Positions 50,507-64,000 of a stretch of 64,000 bases of DNA are shown here, in pieces. The DNA is taken from assembly GCA_021613535.1 (NCBI GenBank), contig CP075493.1, positions 7,254,001-7,318,000 on the forward strand, in the 5' to 3' direction. The position numbers and the translations under genes are program-made. This DNA is from Adineta vaga. Lineage: Eukaryota; Animalia; Rotifera. How positions within the stretch are numbered: position 1 is the first letter of the stretch; every line of letters begins with the position of its first letter. The notes beneath the pieces were generated by a model. That model saw nothing but the letters and a program-made list of their open reading frames with translations. It had not been told where the DNA came from and ran no database searches.

Positions 50507-52884
50507 ATGGATATAGATCAGCTTGATAGTGAACAGTATCGATCAATACTTGAACCTTATCTTTCCTTACCGACTAATTCTGATGAATATACACAAAAAC
50601 TTCATGCAAATCTAACTGAAATCAAAGAAAAACTTAATCGAGATGAAATACAAATGATATTTGTTGCTCATTGCTATAAACAAACAGGTCGTATACCATG
50701 GCATATCATGTCCAAACAAGAACGATTCTTTTTTTTGTTAAATATTTTCTTGAGACTTTTCGGTTTTATTACTTCATTATATATATTTATTGTAACATTG
50801 GATCTAATGACATCAGCATTTATATTATTGAGTCGTTCAACATTTGCACAAATATTTCAAAGTCGAATCTTTTTAAAAAATCCAATTGTTGGTCTAATGT
50901 TTGGAATACTTATAACAACGATTTTACAAAGTTCATCAACGGTCACATCGATTATTGTTGCAATGGTTGGCAGTGGAATTCTTGAAGATATTCGATCTGT
51001 AATACCAATGATTATGGGTGAGAAATGAATAGAGGGGAAGGAAACATTTTCAGTATAATGATTTCATACAATTTGTTTTTTTCTTCTTCTTTAGGAGCAA
51101 ATATAGGTAGGATAATCGAATGTACGTGATAGTTTGTATAAATTCATATGCAACTCATATAATAATATTGATAAAGACCCAGTTGTCTTTTTTTTGCATT
51201 CAGGAACATCCATAACGAATACTCTCGTTGCATTCAGTCAAATAGGAAATCGTAATGAATTTTCTCGTAGTTTTTCATCGGGTGTTCTTATGGACGTGTT
51301 TAACTATTTAACTACATTGATTCTTTTACCTTTGGAAGTTTTCATTGATCGAATAACAATAAATTCCGATATTTTTCATCGTAAGTTTGTTTTTCACATC
51401 AATTTGAAATCGAAATGTGTTGTGATATATTTATCAGAGGGTGGTTATCTTGCTCGTATAAGTGGTTCTATTGCAACAACAATACCTGAAAAGCAAGGAA
51501 CTGATATTCAATTACTTAAAACCATTACAAAACCATTAACTAAATTGATTATTCAAATCGATGGAAATATTATGATTAGTTACGACACAAATCAAACTAT
51601 TGGAAAACTTTATTGTAATGATGATCGTTCGATCAAATGTAGATATCTATTTCGATCAATGATTGAAAACCTAGGTGATAATACAGTCGGTATTATTCTA
51701 CTTATTTGTTCATTAATTATTCTTACTGGAATACTTTTAATTATGGTTAAATTATTAAAATCATTGATTATTGGTGTTATTGATGATACATTAAAGAAAA
51801 TTTTGTATATTAAATCATATGGATGGAAAGAATATTGTTTAGGATATGTTTTTATTCTTGTAGGAATTGTTGGAGCAATACTTGTACAAAGTAGTAGTAC
51901 GTATTTTCATTTCTAATATGCTTGAATTGGAAAAGTTTATTTATTTCAGGTGTGTTCTGTTCTATTCTAACGCCACTTGTTGGTCTTCAAGTTGTTTCTC
52001 TTGAACGAAATTATGAACTGACTATTGGAGCAAATATTGGTACTACAATAACAGCATTACTTGCTTCGCTTACTCAAACTGGTTTATTTTTTCGTCAATC
52101 AATTCAAATAGCTTTGACTCATTTTTTCTTCAATCTATCCGGTTGTATTCTTTGGTATATGTTTCCATATTTTCGTCGCTATCCAATATATTTAAGTCGT
52201 CGAATAGGAGATATTGTAGCGAAATATCGTTGGTTTGCTTTTGTTTACATAAGTATAATCTTTTTTGTTTTTCCATTGATCATTTTATGTCTTGCATTGA
52301 TTCATTGGATTATCTCTATTGTCTTTCTTTTCTGTTTAATTCTTCTTATTATTCTTGTATCAATTATAAAATATCTTCAAAAAAGCCAACTCAATCCATT
52401 ACCATCGATTCTTCAAACTTGGTCTTTTCTTCCACGTTCATGTCGTTCATTATCCTATTGGGATTATCGTTTAGAACATTTAGTAAAAAGAATCTGTTGT
52501 CAACGATATATTCAATTAATTTATCCTTCAAATCAATCAGATAAACCATTGAAAGAACAATATCAAACAATGAAAGATCAATATGTTACTGCATTAGATC
52601 ATCGATATTTAGTACATACCCATCAATTAAATGAATTTTTTGAAAAACATTATGCTCCAATTGTATCTACCTATGAAACTAAATGGCCTATTACAAATTA
52701 TATGCAAGATTTCTATCGTAGTTTAAGTGGAAAACCAACACAAGGACAACGTACATTGTTTGCTTTGAGACAAAAACAAGAGAACGAAGATGAAGAACTA
52801 GTAGATCGAATAATTGTATTTGATCGAGATAAAAAGAAAGACATGTTTGTTATAACTGAACAGAAAAGTACTTTGTCTTTTTGA
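50507..52884 (+). CDS. SLC34A: Type II sodium-phosphate cotransporter (SLC34/NaPi-II)
   Basis: NPIVGLMFGIL.T.ILQSSSTVTS, PMIMGANIGTSITNT, second repeat VQSSSVFCS.LTPL and GANIGTTITA, QIALTHFFFN, KYRWFA; many TM helices. Confidence 0.95.
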
Positions 52885-52925
52885 GATTGTTTTAAACAAA
52901 GAAAAAGAAAATTATGATTTCGATT

Positions 52926-53954
52926 TTATTTATTTGATGATTGAATTCGAATTCGTGTTGGTTTCTCATTGAGATTCAGATGTAATTGCCAAGGAAAAGG
53001 ACACTTTTCGATATCAACAGATAATTCTAATGTTTGACCTGATCGTGCGTTTATTAATCGAATTAAACGATTATCACAATCGATCACAAGTTGTATTGTA
53101 TCACTTTGAACAACATCACTACCTATTCCGCCGGTACATTGTCCACCTGCATAAACAAAACCGCTTCCATTGTACCAACCATAACATGATGGTGAAACAT
53201 ATGAATGAATTTGTAATGGTGTTGATTCAGAAATGATTCCAAATAAGATCCAACCAGTTAATTGTTCAACATGAAGATTAATTATATGTTTTCCAGTGAC
53301 ATATTGACATTTACCTCGTACTTCAGTATAGATATCTTGACCTTTCTTGATGTATACAACGTTGTTATTGTCTTCAAAATCAGCATTACCACATGAACGT
53401 TCAAAACTTTCTTTTCCATCTAAACGATTGACACGAATATTTGATATCAGTGTTGAATAATCTTCATAAACAGTAACAGTTGGCAAATTGGTAAGTTCAG
53501 TTTTTAATTGATTGAGTTTTTCATTCCATTCACGTAGATCAGTTTCAATAAAATCAAACTTCTTACGAGCTTGCTGCAGTTCATTGGTTAATTGTTCTAA
53601 ATTCGATTCTGCTACTCTTACACGTCCAATGGTATATTGAAATAGATCGTTTTTAGCTTCTTTTGCTGCGATTTGAATTTTTTTGATTGATTCTTCCTGC
53701 CAATTATCAATTTTATTTATTAATTCATCGTACAATATTTTCACACTGGATGCTGGTTCAGCCATTTCTTGAACGAGAGTCTTTTTAACAAGATTATGAG
53801 TTTGTTCGACTTCATCTAATTGTTGAATAACATTTTGATGATGATTAGTTGTATGCTGCATACAGAATACTTGAGAGCATCCGCGACATTGAAAAATACC
53901 TTTTTCAATGTTACAATTTGCACATAAAGGTTTGCTCGGTGTTACTGTTGTCAT
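52926..53954 (-). CDS. B-box-like zinc finger / coiled-coil / SPRY(B30.2)-like protein
   Basis: CANC...CRGCSQVFCMQH...H, heptad-rich middle, beta-rich C-terminus (WILFGIIS, YGWY, DTIQLVIDCD, CPFPWQL); single coding exon of 342 aa. Confidence 0.8.
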   Translation of the reverse strand: MTTVTPSKPLCANCNIEKGIFQCRGCSQVFCMQHTTNHHQNVIQQLDEVEQTHNLVKKTLVQEMAEPASSVKILYDELINKIDNWQEESIKKIQIAAKEAKNDLFQYTIGRVRVAESNLEQLTNELQQARKKFDFIETDLREWNEKLNQLKTELTNLPTVTVYEDYSTLISNIRVNRLDGKESFERSCGNADFEDNNNVVYIKKGQDIYTEVRGKCQYVTGKHIINLHVEQLTGWILFGIISESTPLQIHSYVSPSCYGWYNGSGFVYAGGQCTGGIGSDVVQSDTIQLVIDCDNRLIRLINARSGQTLELSVDIEKCPFPWQLHLNLNEKPTRIRIQSSNK

Positions 53955-54603
53955 GTGTTGCTGAATAAAAATATTTAGAGAAGTAAGAGAAAAAGAAATT
54001 TTAGTCTCCTTTATAACATTGGGTATGTAAATTAATATCTCTGAATCATTGATTATTACAATATTATGGTGAAATTACCTGTAATGTCTAACATACAATT
54101 TTATGGATTTTAGTCGTGAAAATCAAAATGTCATGTTTACGACTTAGATAACTTAGCGAAACGATTCGACATTCGTAAACCTTTTTAGACAATGCATTGA
54201 ATAACGTGTGAATTGTTTTGAGTAATTGAATGTTGCAAAATAAAAGAGACAAACATGCATTTTTTATTTTGTTTGTGTTTATGTCACAAAAAAAACCGAT
54301 AAGCATCAGGAGAGCAAGAAAACAACAACGATAACTGAATTTTTCACAATCGATGATCTTATTCCGAAGGAACAAAGAAGAAAAACAGCCGTGTGATTAA
54401 CTAATGTAGACATAAAAAACAACAAAACCAAAAGTATAATCCTACAAAACAAACAAGAATGCCTGGAATGACAAAATGCCCACCGGCTTGTTATCAATAC
54501 AAGACAACGAAAGAGAGAAAGAGAAACAGAGAAAAATGAACGGACGAAAACTAAAGAGAATCAGAGTCTGTTTTTTTTTTAATTGTTACTTTGATTTGCT
54601 TAA

Positions 54604-57517
54604 TTAGGTTCTAGGTTTGGATACTTTTGTTCCTTTTTTAATTTGTGGTTTATTTAAAATAACACCTGGTTTACGAACTTGTCCTGTCGTTTTCTTTGAC
54701 GAATAGATTGATTTACGTCGTTGAACTTGTCGAAGGGCATTTTTTGCTTGTAGACGATTGGCAAGTTTTTTAACTTTATAGATACGAACAATCCAATGTT
54801 CAGTTGTATATGCTTCTTCAACATGTTGTAAATCAAAATTTTTATTACCAATTTCAACATGACGTGTACGATCAAAACTAGAAGCAATCTTTGATTTAAT
54901 TGAAATAAAAAAATCATTTTCTTTTACCCTGGTGGTGAACGAAAATCAGTTTGTAATTCTCCGAAACGATAATAACATAGTTTATACATTAAACAATTGA
55001 GTAATACTGGTGAACCTGATCGATCAACACGAAATTCACCATTTTCAGTAAAATAATCTTGTTCACGAATATCTTTTGGATGTTCACCTATTTATATATA
55101 AAATAAAAATTCAATGAATTCTTTTCTTCAAACAATTCTCACCTTCAGCAATTCGAACCATCCATAAAAACTTATTAATATCATCTCCAGAATAACCAAT
55201 CATACCACCAAATATAACTAAAATATAATCGACATCAAGCATTGTCATTATTTTATATGCTTCTGTTTCATTGCTTGACATAGCTTTGCCGACTAGTGCA
55301 ATATGACTATTGTTCCAAGTATTATTATCAACCAACACCGTTCGATTACCCATGCCAGCTATTTGATAACCATAATCCCACCATGACATAACACGAGCTT
55401 TTTCTGGTGTATTCTTTCTTAACCAATAGTAAGCTTCACGAAAATCATCAATTATATATCTTGTACCGTCATTATTATATGAAGCAAGAACGATGGATGG
55501 TGATGAATAAGCATTTGAAGTAACCCATGTACAATGTACAGCAAGAAGCATTAACATCATAGCAACTAAAAGAAAAGTTTGAAATCGTTTTACAAATGCT
55601 CTACAATTCTTTTCATTTTTCATCACTTACTGCAAATCACAACAATAGTTTTTATATTTGATGAGACAATATTAGCATCATCATCACCACCTTCTTGATT
55701 ATTACCAGAAGGTCCACGTCGTCCAGCAATTGGTTTTGATTTTCCAGCTTTATCATATAGACTTCGATTATTTGTTTCTGTGGTTTCATTTTCATTTTCA
55801 TCTCCATCTTCGCTATTGGTTGATACAATTGGACTTGAACTCATATCCGATGTTTCCGTATCGGCATAATAGTCAAGTGTTTTTGATAGGGCAATGGCAG
55901 CTAAAATGACAGTAGTAAAAGAAAGTTTTATATCAAAATACGAAATATGTTTAGGAATACTTTACCAAGTACACAAACACATGGTGTTAGTGTTAACATT
56001 AAACGGATCATAACACCAGCAAAATAGGATGCAAATACAGCATAGAGAACAATGAAAACACGTTCATCATTCAATTCTCGAATACAAAACCATGCACCAA
56101 CTGGGAATAAACAAATCAAAAGATGAAGATCTAGAAGAGAGAAAATTTGATAAACATAAATTCATTCTATCGTTTTCATTTTACCGAAAAAGAACGATGT
56201 CCATGTTGTCGGTTGATGTTCACTAACACTAGCAATAATAGGAATATGTATTTTGGCATAATTTGTATCCCATAAAGAATAAAATCTTCCCGACCATGGT
56301 GCAATATAACCAGCATATGTCAAAACGACGACAGCAGCGAAAACAATTAAACCAATAATGATAATTAAACCGAAAAATAATTGTTTTAAATCTGCAGCGC
56401 GTGGTAATTTTGAATAGAGATATTCAATGAATGCATATGCTTGAATAAGTGCAAAAACACCGGCCGCTAACATGTGTTCACTTGTACGAACTGGTTGAAA
56501 ACCAACGAATGGAATTTGCATGGAAAGTATTAAACCAAGAATGAAAAATGTTGAATAAGAAACATACAATCGAAGTGAATAACGACGAAGAACAAGTAAA
56601 ACAAACACATGAACAGGAATTAGATTGATAATAAAGACATAACCACCCCATGCTGAGACCTAAAATAATATTATTATTTGAGAGTGTTGTTATCTCATCA
56701 ATTTAAAAGCATCAAACGTACCATATAAAAATATGATAAGGCTGTGCAACTGGACCAGAAAACACTACCGGTTTTGACCGAACGAATCCATAAAAAGTAT
56801 GTAAACATAAGAGCAAAGATGGCAATACCTTAAAGAATAATCTGATTATATACACAACAGAAAAAAAAAATGATATGTTTATAACGATCTACCTTCGTTA
56901 TCATATGAACCAGCAACACTACGTGATGAATAACCTGGTGCAATAGCAATAAATGCTGCTGCAAAAAGGCCAGCACGTCGGGACCAGAGTTCTTTCGTTA
57001 ATAAATACGTTGCCAATGCTGTCAAGCCACTGAAAAATGGTGCAAGAAAGACACAAATTTCACGAATATGAATTGGAATATTAATCATATGTAAAAACCA
57101 ATGAATAACACCGCTGGTAACCATTAAACCTGGATAAACAGTACCACCAACGATACGTCCAAGTGGATACCAGGCCAATTCATCGAACCAATTGAGAAAA
57201 TTATAAAATCCATTTTCAGTCATATAAGCTGTTGATCGATAATTAAACCATGGATCAAATTCGTGAATAATTGACTCGAAACGAATGACCGAAAATAATC
57301 GCGACATAAAACCTGATATGTATGCACAAGTTAAGACAATAAAACTGATCAATGATGTTACACCAGTTGGTGAAAGTAATGATGATGTTGCTAATGTATT
57401 TGATGAACTCGACGAACGTCTCTTAGTGCTAACATTAGTCTGTTGGTCTGACTCAGTTGTTAAAAATCCTGAACCGTCATTAACGGTCGACTGATTTGTT
57501 GTTACTTTCGCAGCCAT
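54604..57517 (-). CDS. STT3B: Oligosaccharyltransferase catalytic subunit STT3B
   Basis: [67 protein letters not shown] (STT3B-type); stop at 54606-54604. Confidence 0.96.
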
Positions 57518-57849
57518 CTATAATGAGAAAAACATACAAAGTTTTTTCCTCTAGTTTTAAAATGAACGATCGTGAAGAAACAAGTAAAGGAAGAGAGAAC
57601 AGGTCTGGAAGAATTCTATCGGTGGACTGAATTAGCAAACCAAATAGCATAATGATTTTTTTAAATTATCAAGCGGCATCTACAGATTTTCTTTACTTAA
57701 CTACCTATCAGAATGTTAAAATTTTGTTGCCTTTATTGAATATAAATGTTTTCATTTCAACATGAATTGATTGCTTATTAGTACGAACTTGACATCTGAA
57801 TAGAATATTTATAATTCTGCAAGAGATTCTAACGAACATAGAAAACATC

Positions 57850-58490
57850 AAATTCTATAATGAAGTGGTTAATAATCCATGATTTTGTTCATCAAACTAA
57901 GTCCAGCACATCCTCTGGAGGTGGAATATGAAGTAATCATATTCATTGAAGTCCAAACTGCATGCAAAATATCCGTACTCATAGTTATATTGCTTTTCTC
58001 ATTGACATTGTGTCATAATCTGAATCAATACGCAAACAGGTAAATGCTATGGCTTTTTTATGACGGATATTAACCAACGTTTCATATTCAAGGAAGTGTA
58101 TATTGTTCGATCAAATATTAGCTATTTATGTTGCAAAATACAATCATTATTATCGGTCATATCTTCCATCGAAAATTTTTTCATTTCATCTTATCCAAAT
58201 TCAATGAATAACATATAATCAAATGATAAAAGAGATCTCGGTCTTTTCCATCTCTTTTAGCCTTTAGTTTTCATTTCACTTGTGTGAATAATTTATGGTA
58301 CATACATTCTGATAAATATTTTTCCTTGCTTTTTCAATAGATCACCTAACGTCATCGATGAAAAAATATTAGCTTTGGAACGATTGCGGGGATAGTTGTA
58401 TCTATAATGCAAAGAGACAGAAGTAGAAAACTCTTCAGTTTTTGAAACGTGACGACCATCATCTTTCCGAAAATTCTTGTTAACAACAAG
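57850..58490 (-). pseudogene. Possible degraded coding sequence of unknown family
   Basis: One minus-strand frame reads protein-like for ~210 codons with only ~8 stops (…RWKRPRSLLSFDYMLFIEFG*DEMKKF…EKQYNYEYGYFACSLDFNEYDYFIFHLQRMCWT*FDEQNHG). Confidence 0.35.
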
Positions 58491-60118
58491 GTTTACTGTC
58501 CTTATCTATTCAGTTATCCTTCTTAGTTTGCTCTCGATTGAGGGTATTTGTATAAGACAAGGAAGAACTGTACAGATTATCTGAACTTCAGCAATAATTA
58601 CATTAGTTAATTTCAAAATATAGTTGTGTGAGAGAAAACTTCTATTTTAATAGGCACAACAGAGATTTAAAATAGTATTTCAATTTGAAGTTTGAAGTTT
58701 GAAATCGATACTCTATAGAATCATATGAAATGTTGAAAGTGTCTAAATAATACAATTTCAATGAAGAACAATTGATCAATCAACAGTTAATTCGAAATAA
58801 AATAAGATCATACCTGTGCAAATCATATCATTCACATAATAAAAGACTACAATTATTGATTTGAGAGATATTGAAAAGATATCAAACAACTAGGAGTGAA
58901 TTGTAAGTTTTCTCAACTTGAGAAGCGTGTAGATCAACACTGATTCTTGCTCGTCTTTTTGTACTTGTTTTATTTGTGTGTGTAAGAAAACTTCATTCAA
59001 GGAGTTAGAAGAGACACGCACACACAGACACAGAGAGAGAGAAAGAAAGAAAAAGAGAAAAGATACAAACACATTTGTTTTTGAGAAATGAAGAGCGAAA
59101 GAGAAAAAAAAACGAGAACGAGCGAGCGAGCAGAAAAAGAGCAAAAAAAGGACATATGTGTATATACGCGTATTAAAAAGAAGAACAGAAAAAAAAGAAG
59201 AAAAAAATATTCAAATTAGACAAAGTACTTGATGACATGCAGAATTCGTTATTTTCTTTGTGTTTAGGATGATTTTCTTCTCAGAATACAAATAAAAATT
59301 GAGAGAGAGAAAGAAATAAGAGAAAGTAGAAATGTTTTGGTTAGTTCGGTTTCATGATGGTCGATGATCGATCACAAAACAACCGATGACTATTGCTGCT
59401 AAGATGAGAGAAAAAAGAACAGGAAAAGGCACTGAGGCCGAGATTCAAATTGTATGGTTGCTTTTTTTTCTCTTTATGATTATTCGAGATATTAGCAGAA
59501 GACAAAAGAAAACGAAAGAGAAAGATAGATTAGAAGGAATTTTCTCATGCTAATGATGGTCACTGTTGGCACACACGCGCGCATAAGGAATAAGCACGAC
59601 TAACCTACAGATAGACTGTACACGACGAGCAGAAAGATTGTTACAGGTATGAAATACGAAGGACAGGAACGAATTTGTTGAGCTCAAGACATTGATGACA
59701 ACAACAACAACAACGACAATTATATGTAGAAGAACATTAATGACAACAACAACAGAAAGATATAGACAGCACCAAACAGTTTCGACGTGCGCGTCTTAGG
59801 TGTTTTGTTTGTTCGTTCTTCGACAAGGCTAATGATGAGATAGGAATTTGGATATTTAAAATTGAGCGTCGCGCGCGTTTGGGAAAAACGGAACAAAAAA
59901 ATTCAAGAAATACCAAGCTTATTTTGCTAATAAAATAAATATATATATGAAGACAAGAACTCATGCGAACTTCGCAAAAAGAGAGAGAGAAAAAAGAAGA
60001 TAAAAACGAGAAAAAGAGAGAGAGTGTGAGAGAAAGAGACATCTCAAAATACAAGCACACACACACACACATTTACGAGATGAGAATAGGAGAGAAAGAA
60101 AAGTGCGAGAGACAGGAA

Positions 60119-62196
<2,078 letters not shown>

Positions 62197-62622
62197 TTTG
62201 ATTTTCTTATTTAATTGATCAACATATTCTAATGAACAATTCGTCATCTGGAGCCATGCATGCACGCAGAGATGCGCGTCGTTAACAAATGTTTTTGATT
62301 TTGTTTTTTATCGACTAACAAAAGAAAAAACGTTCTTGTCGAATTAATCTAAAAGAATTAATCAAGAAGAAATTCATCATAAACAATTTCAGCATGTCGA
62401 TGTTACATATACGACCGCATATAATGTCTGAAAGACGAAAATTTATGACAAGCTAAGATTAGCAAATGTGCCCAAAATAGCTCACTAGACATCTATGCAC
62501 TTGTTAATGATTAAAAACAATAAAGTAAAAGACAAAGGAAAAAAACAAGATTTTTTTCTGAGGAAATTTTTTTTCGAAAATGTCTAAAACTGTAATATGA
62601 TTTGTTCTGATCAGATTCGAGG

Positions 62623-62686
62623 TGTTGTTGTTATTATCATTAGAATTATTATTATTATTATTATTATTATTGTTGTTGTTGTTGTT
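62623..62686. repeat. Compound (TTA)n/(TTG)n trinucleotide repeat
   Basis: Tandem ATT and GTT units between the divergent G-alpha-s and Claspin-like genes. Confidence 0.9.
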
Positions 62687-62987
62687 TATTTGTATCGAAC
62701 GAGCAATTGAGATTGATGGTTGGTGGAACAAATGATGAAATCTTATTGGTGGAAAAATTGACCTATAGGAAAAAAAGAGAGTTGTTAAAATTTAAAATTT
62801 TGATTTTTTGAATTGTCTCAAACGTAAGTTAAGATTTTTTTTCTATTTAAAAGATACTAGAACTGAATTAGTAATGAAAATTTTGATTAATTTCAAAAAA
62901 GAAAGGTTATCACTCGAAACTAAAACTTGTCGGCTATATCAAAATGTTTAAATTATATAATTTGAAAGAATTTCGTTTGGTTTAGAA

Positions 62988-63651
62988 ATGTCATCGACTT
63001 TGTTCTATGATAGTGATGACGAACGTGATAGTTTTGACATTGACCGTCGACGAATTGAATCATTTCAATCGAATTTCTTATCGGCGTCCATTGAAAGTAG
63101 TGACGATGACGACGAAGGTATAATTGATGGCACCAAAATTCCTTCATCAACTAAATTAAAAGGTCGTGCTCGACATTCATATCTGGATATATCAAATCTA
63201 TCATCATCATCCTCTTCACAAGAACAAATACAAAACGATGACGATGATAATGAACAAAATCCATTCGATATTATTTCCAAATCTATCGATATAGATAGTA
63301 TTAAACCCGTGAAGAAGAAGAAAAAGAGTCTTGGTGTACCAAAATCTAGAGTTCTACTAGATACAACGGATATTTATGATCAAGATGATAGTAATGATAA
63401 CAAACGATCAGATCTAAACAATTATGGTAAAATAAAATGATCTGAAAGAAACTTTTTTATTATTTTCGATTTGAAATAGATGACGATGATGGTGATAGAC
63501 GACCAAGTAAATCGAAATCAACTGAGAAAGTAAGATTGATATATTGAAACATGTTTGTTTGTTTGTTTGTTTCTTTTTCAGTCCAAAATTCGAAAACCAA
63601 CCAAAGCAGCTATACTGGAAACAGAACGAAAAATGCAACAACTCAGTCGAT
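62988..63651 (+). CDS. Probable Claspin/Mrc1-like protein, 5' part only (continues beyond window)
   Basis: Acidic low-complexity exon 1, exon ~63480-63529, exon 63582-63651 reading SKIRKPTKAAILETERKMQQLSR, which resembles the conserved Claspin/Mrc1 'K.A.E.I..ETQR..R' segment; 5'UTR intron from 62824. Confidence 0.55.
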
Positions 63652-64000
63652 GTAAGATGAGGTCAAGTTTATTTTGAAGTTAGAAACTATTGTTGATATG
63701 TATGCGCTTGTAATTCCATTAGAAATATGTCTTGTCATAGTTACCAGTTAATCTCATTCAGATCGATCTGTTCTGTTGTTACATCAACACTCAATGAGAG
63801 CAAGAAAAGAGCATTGATGTTCTTTTTTGTGTCAATATTTTGACAAGAGTACTGATTTGTGAATAAACGATCAAGAACATTGAACTTGTCAAGTTGAAGG
63901 TCATAGAAAAGAAAAGATAATAGATGCAAAGAATAGTTCCGTTCAGAATCAGAATAATATGCATTGAACATGTAATTAGTAATATTCATAGCGAAGCTTA

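Noticed and set aside
62504-62731. Poly-Asn ORF
   Set aside because: Translation of the (AAT)/(AAC) repeat in an intergenic or UTR region; no ATG-supported gene structure.

Overview
AT-rich (roughly 30% GC by eye), gene-dense eukaryotic DNA with many short (mostly ~50-70 nt) GT-AG introns. Gene content and architecture fit a small-genome invertebrate, most likely a bdelloid rotifer (inference). Left to right: PIP5K type I (+), mitochondrial PNPase (+), a 164-bp TTAA-flanked piggyBac-type MITE, a MAP-kinase phosphatase (+), an unnamed PTB-like adaptor with PP1-docking motifs (+), a decayed alpha/beta-hydrolase of bacterial type (+), an orphan ORF (-), pyroglutamyl peptidase I (-), prohormone convertase 2 (+), an ARHGAP11-like RhoGAP (-), a PDZ-only protein (+), a BET bromodomain gene with short/long isoform architecture (-), SDR42E1-like (+), USP19-like with an apparent frameshift (+), a two-domain small HSP (+), SLC34 Na/Pi cotransporter (+), a B-box/SPRY protein (-), STT3B (-), G-alpha-s (-) and the 5' end of a probable Claspin (+). 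No rRNA, tRNA or CRISPR array was seen. No single large novel system is evident. The best leads are operon-like gene junctions (PIP5K-PNPT1, sHSP-SLC34), the probable horizontally acquired esterase pseudogene, the MITE, the PTB/PP1 adaptor and several splicing oddities. All exon boundaries and family calls come from manual reading, not database searches.
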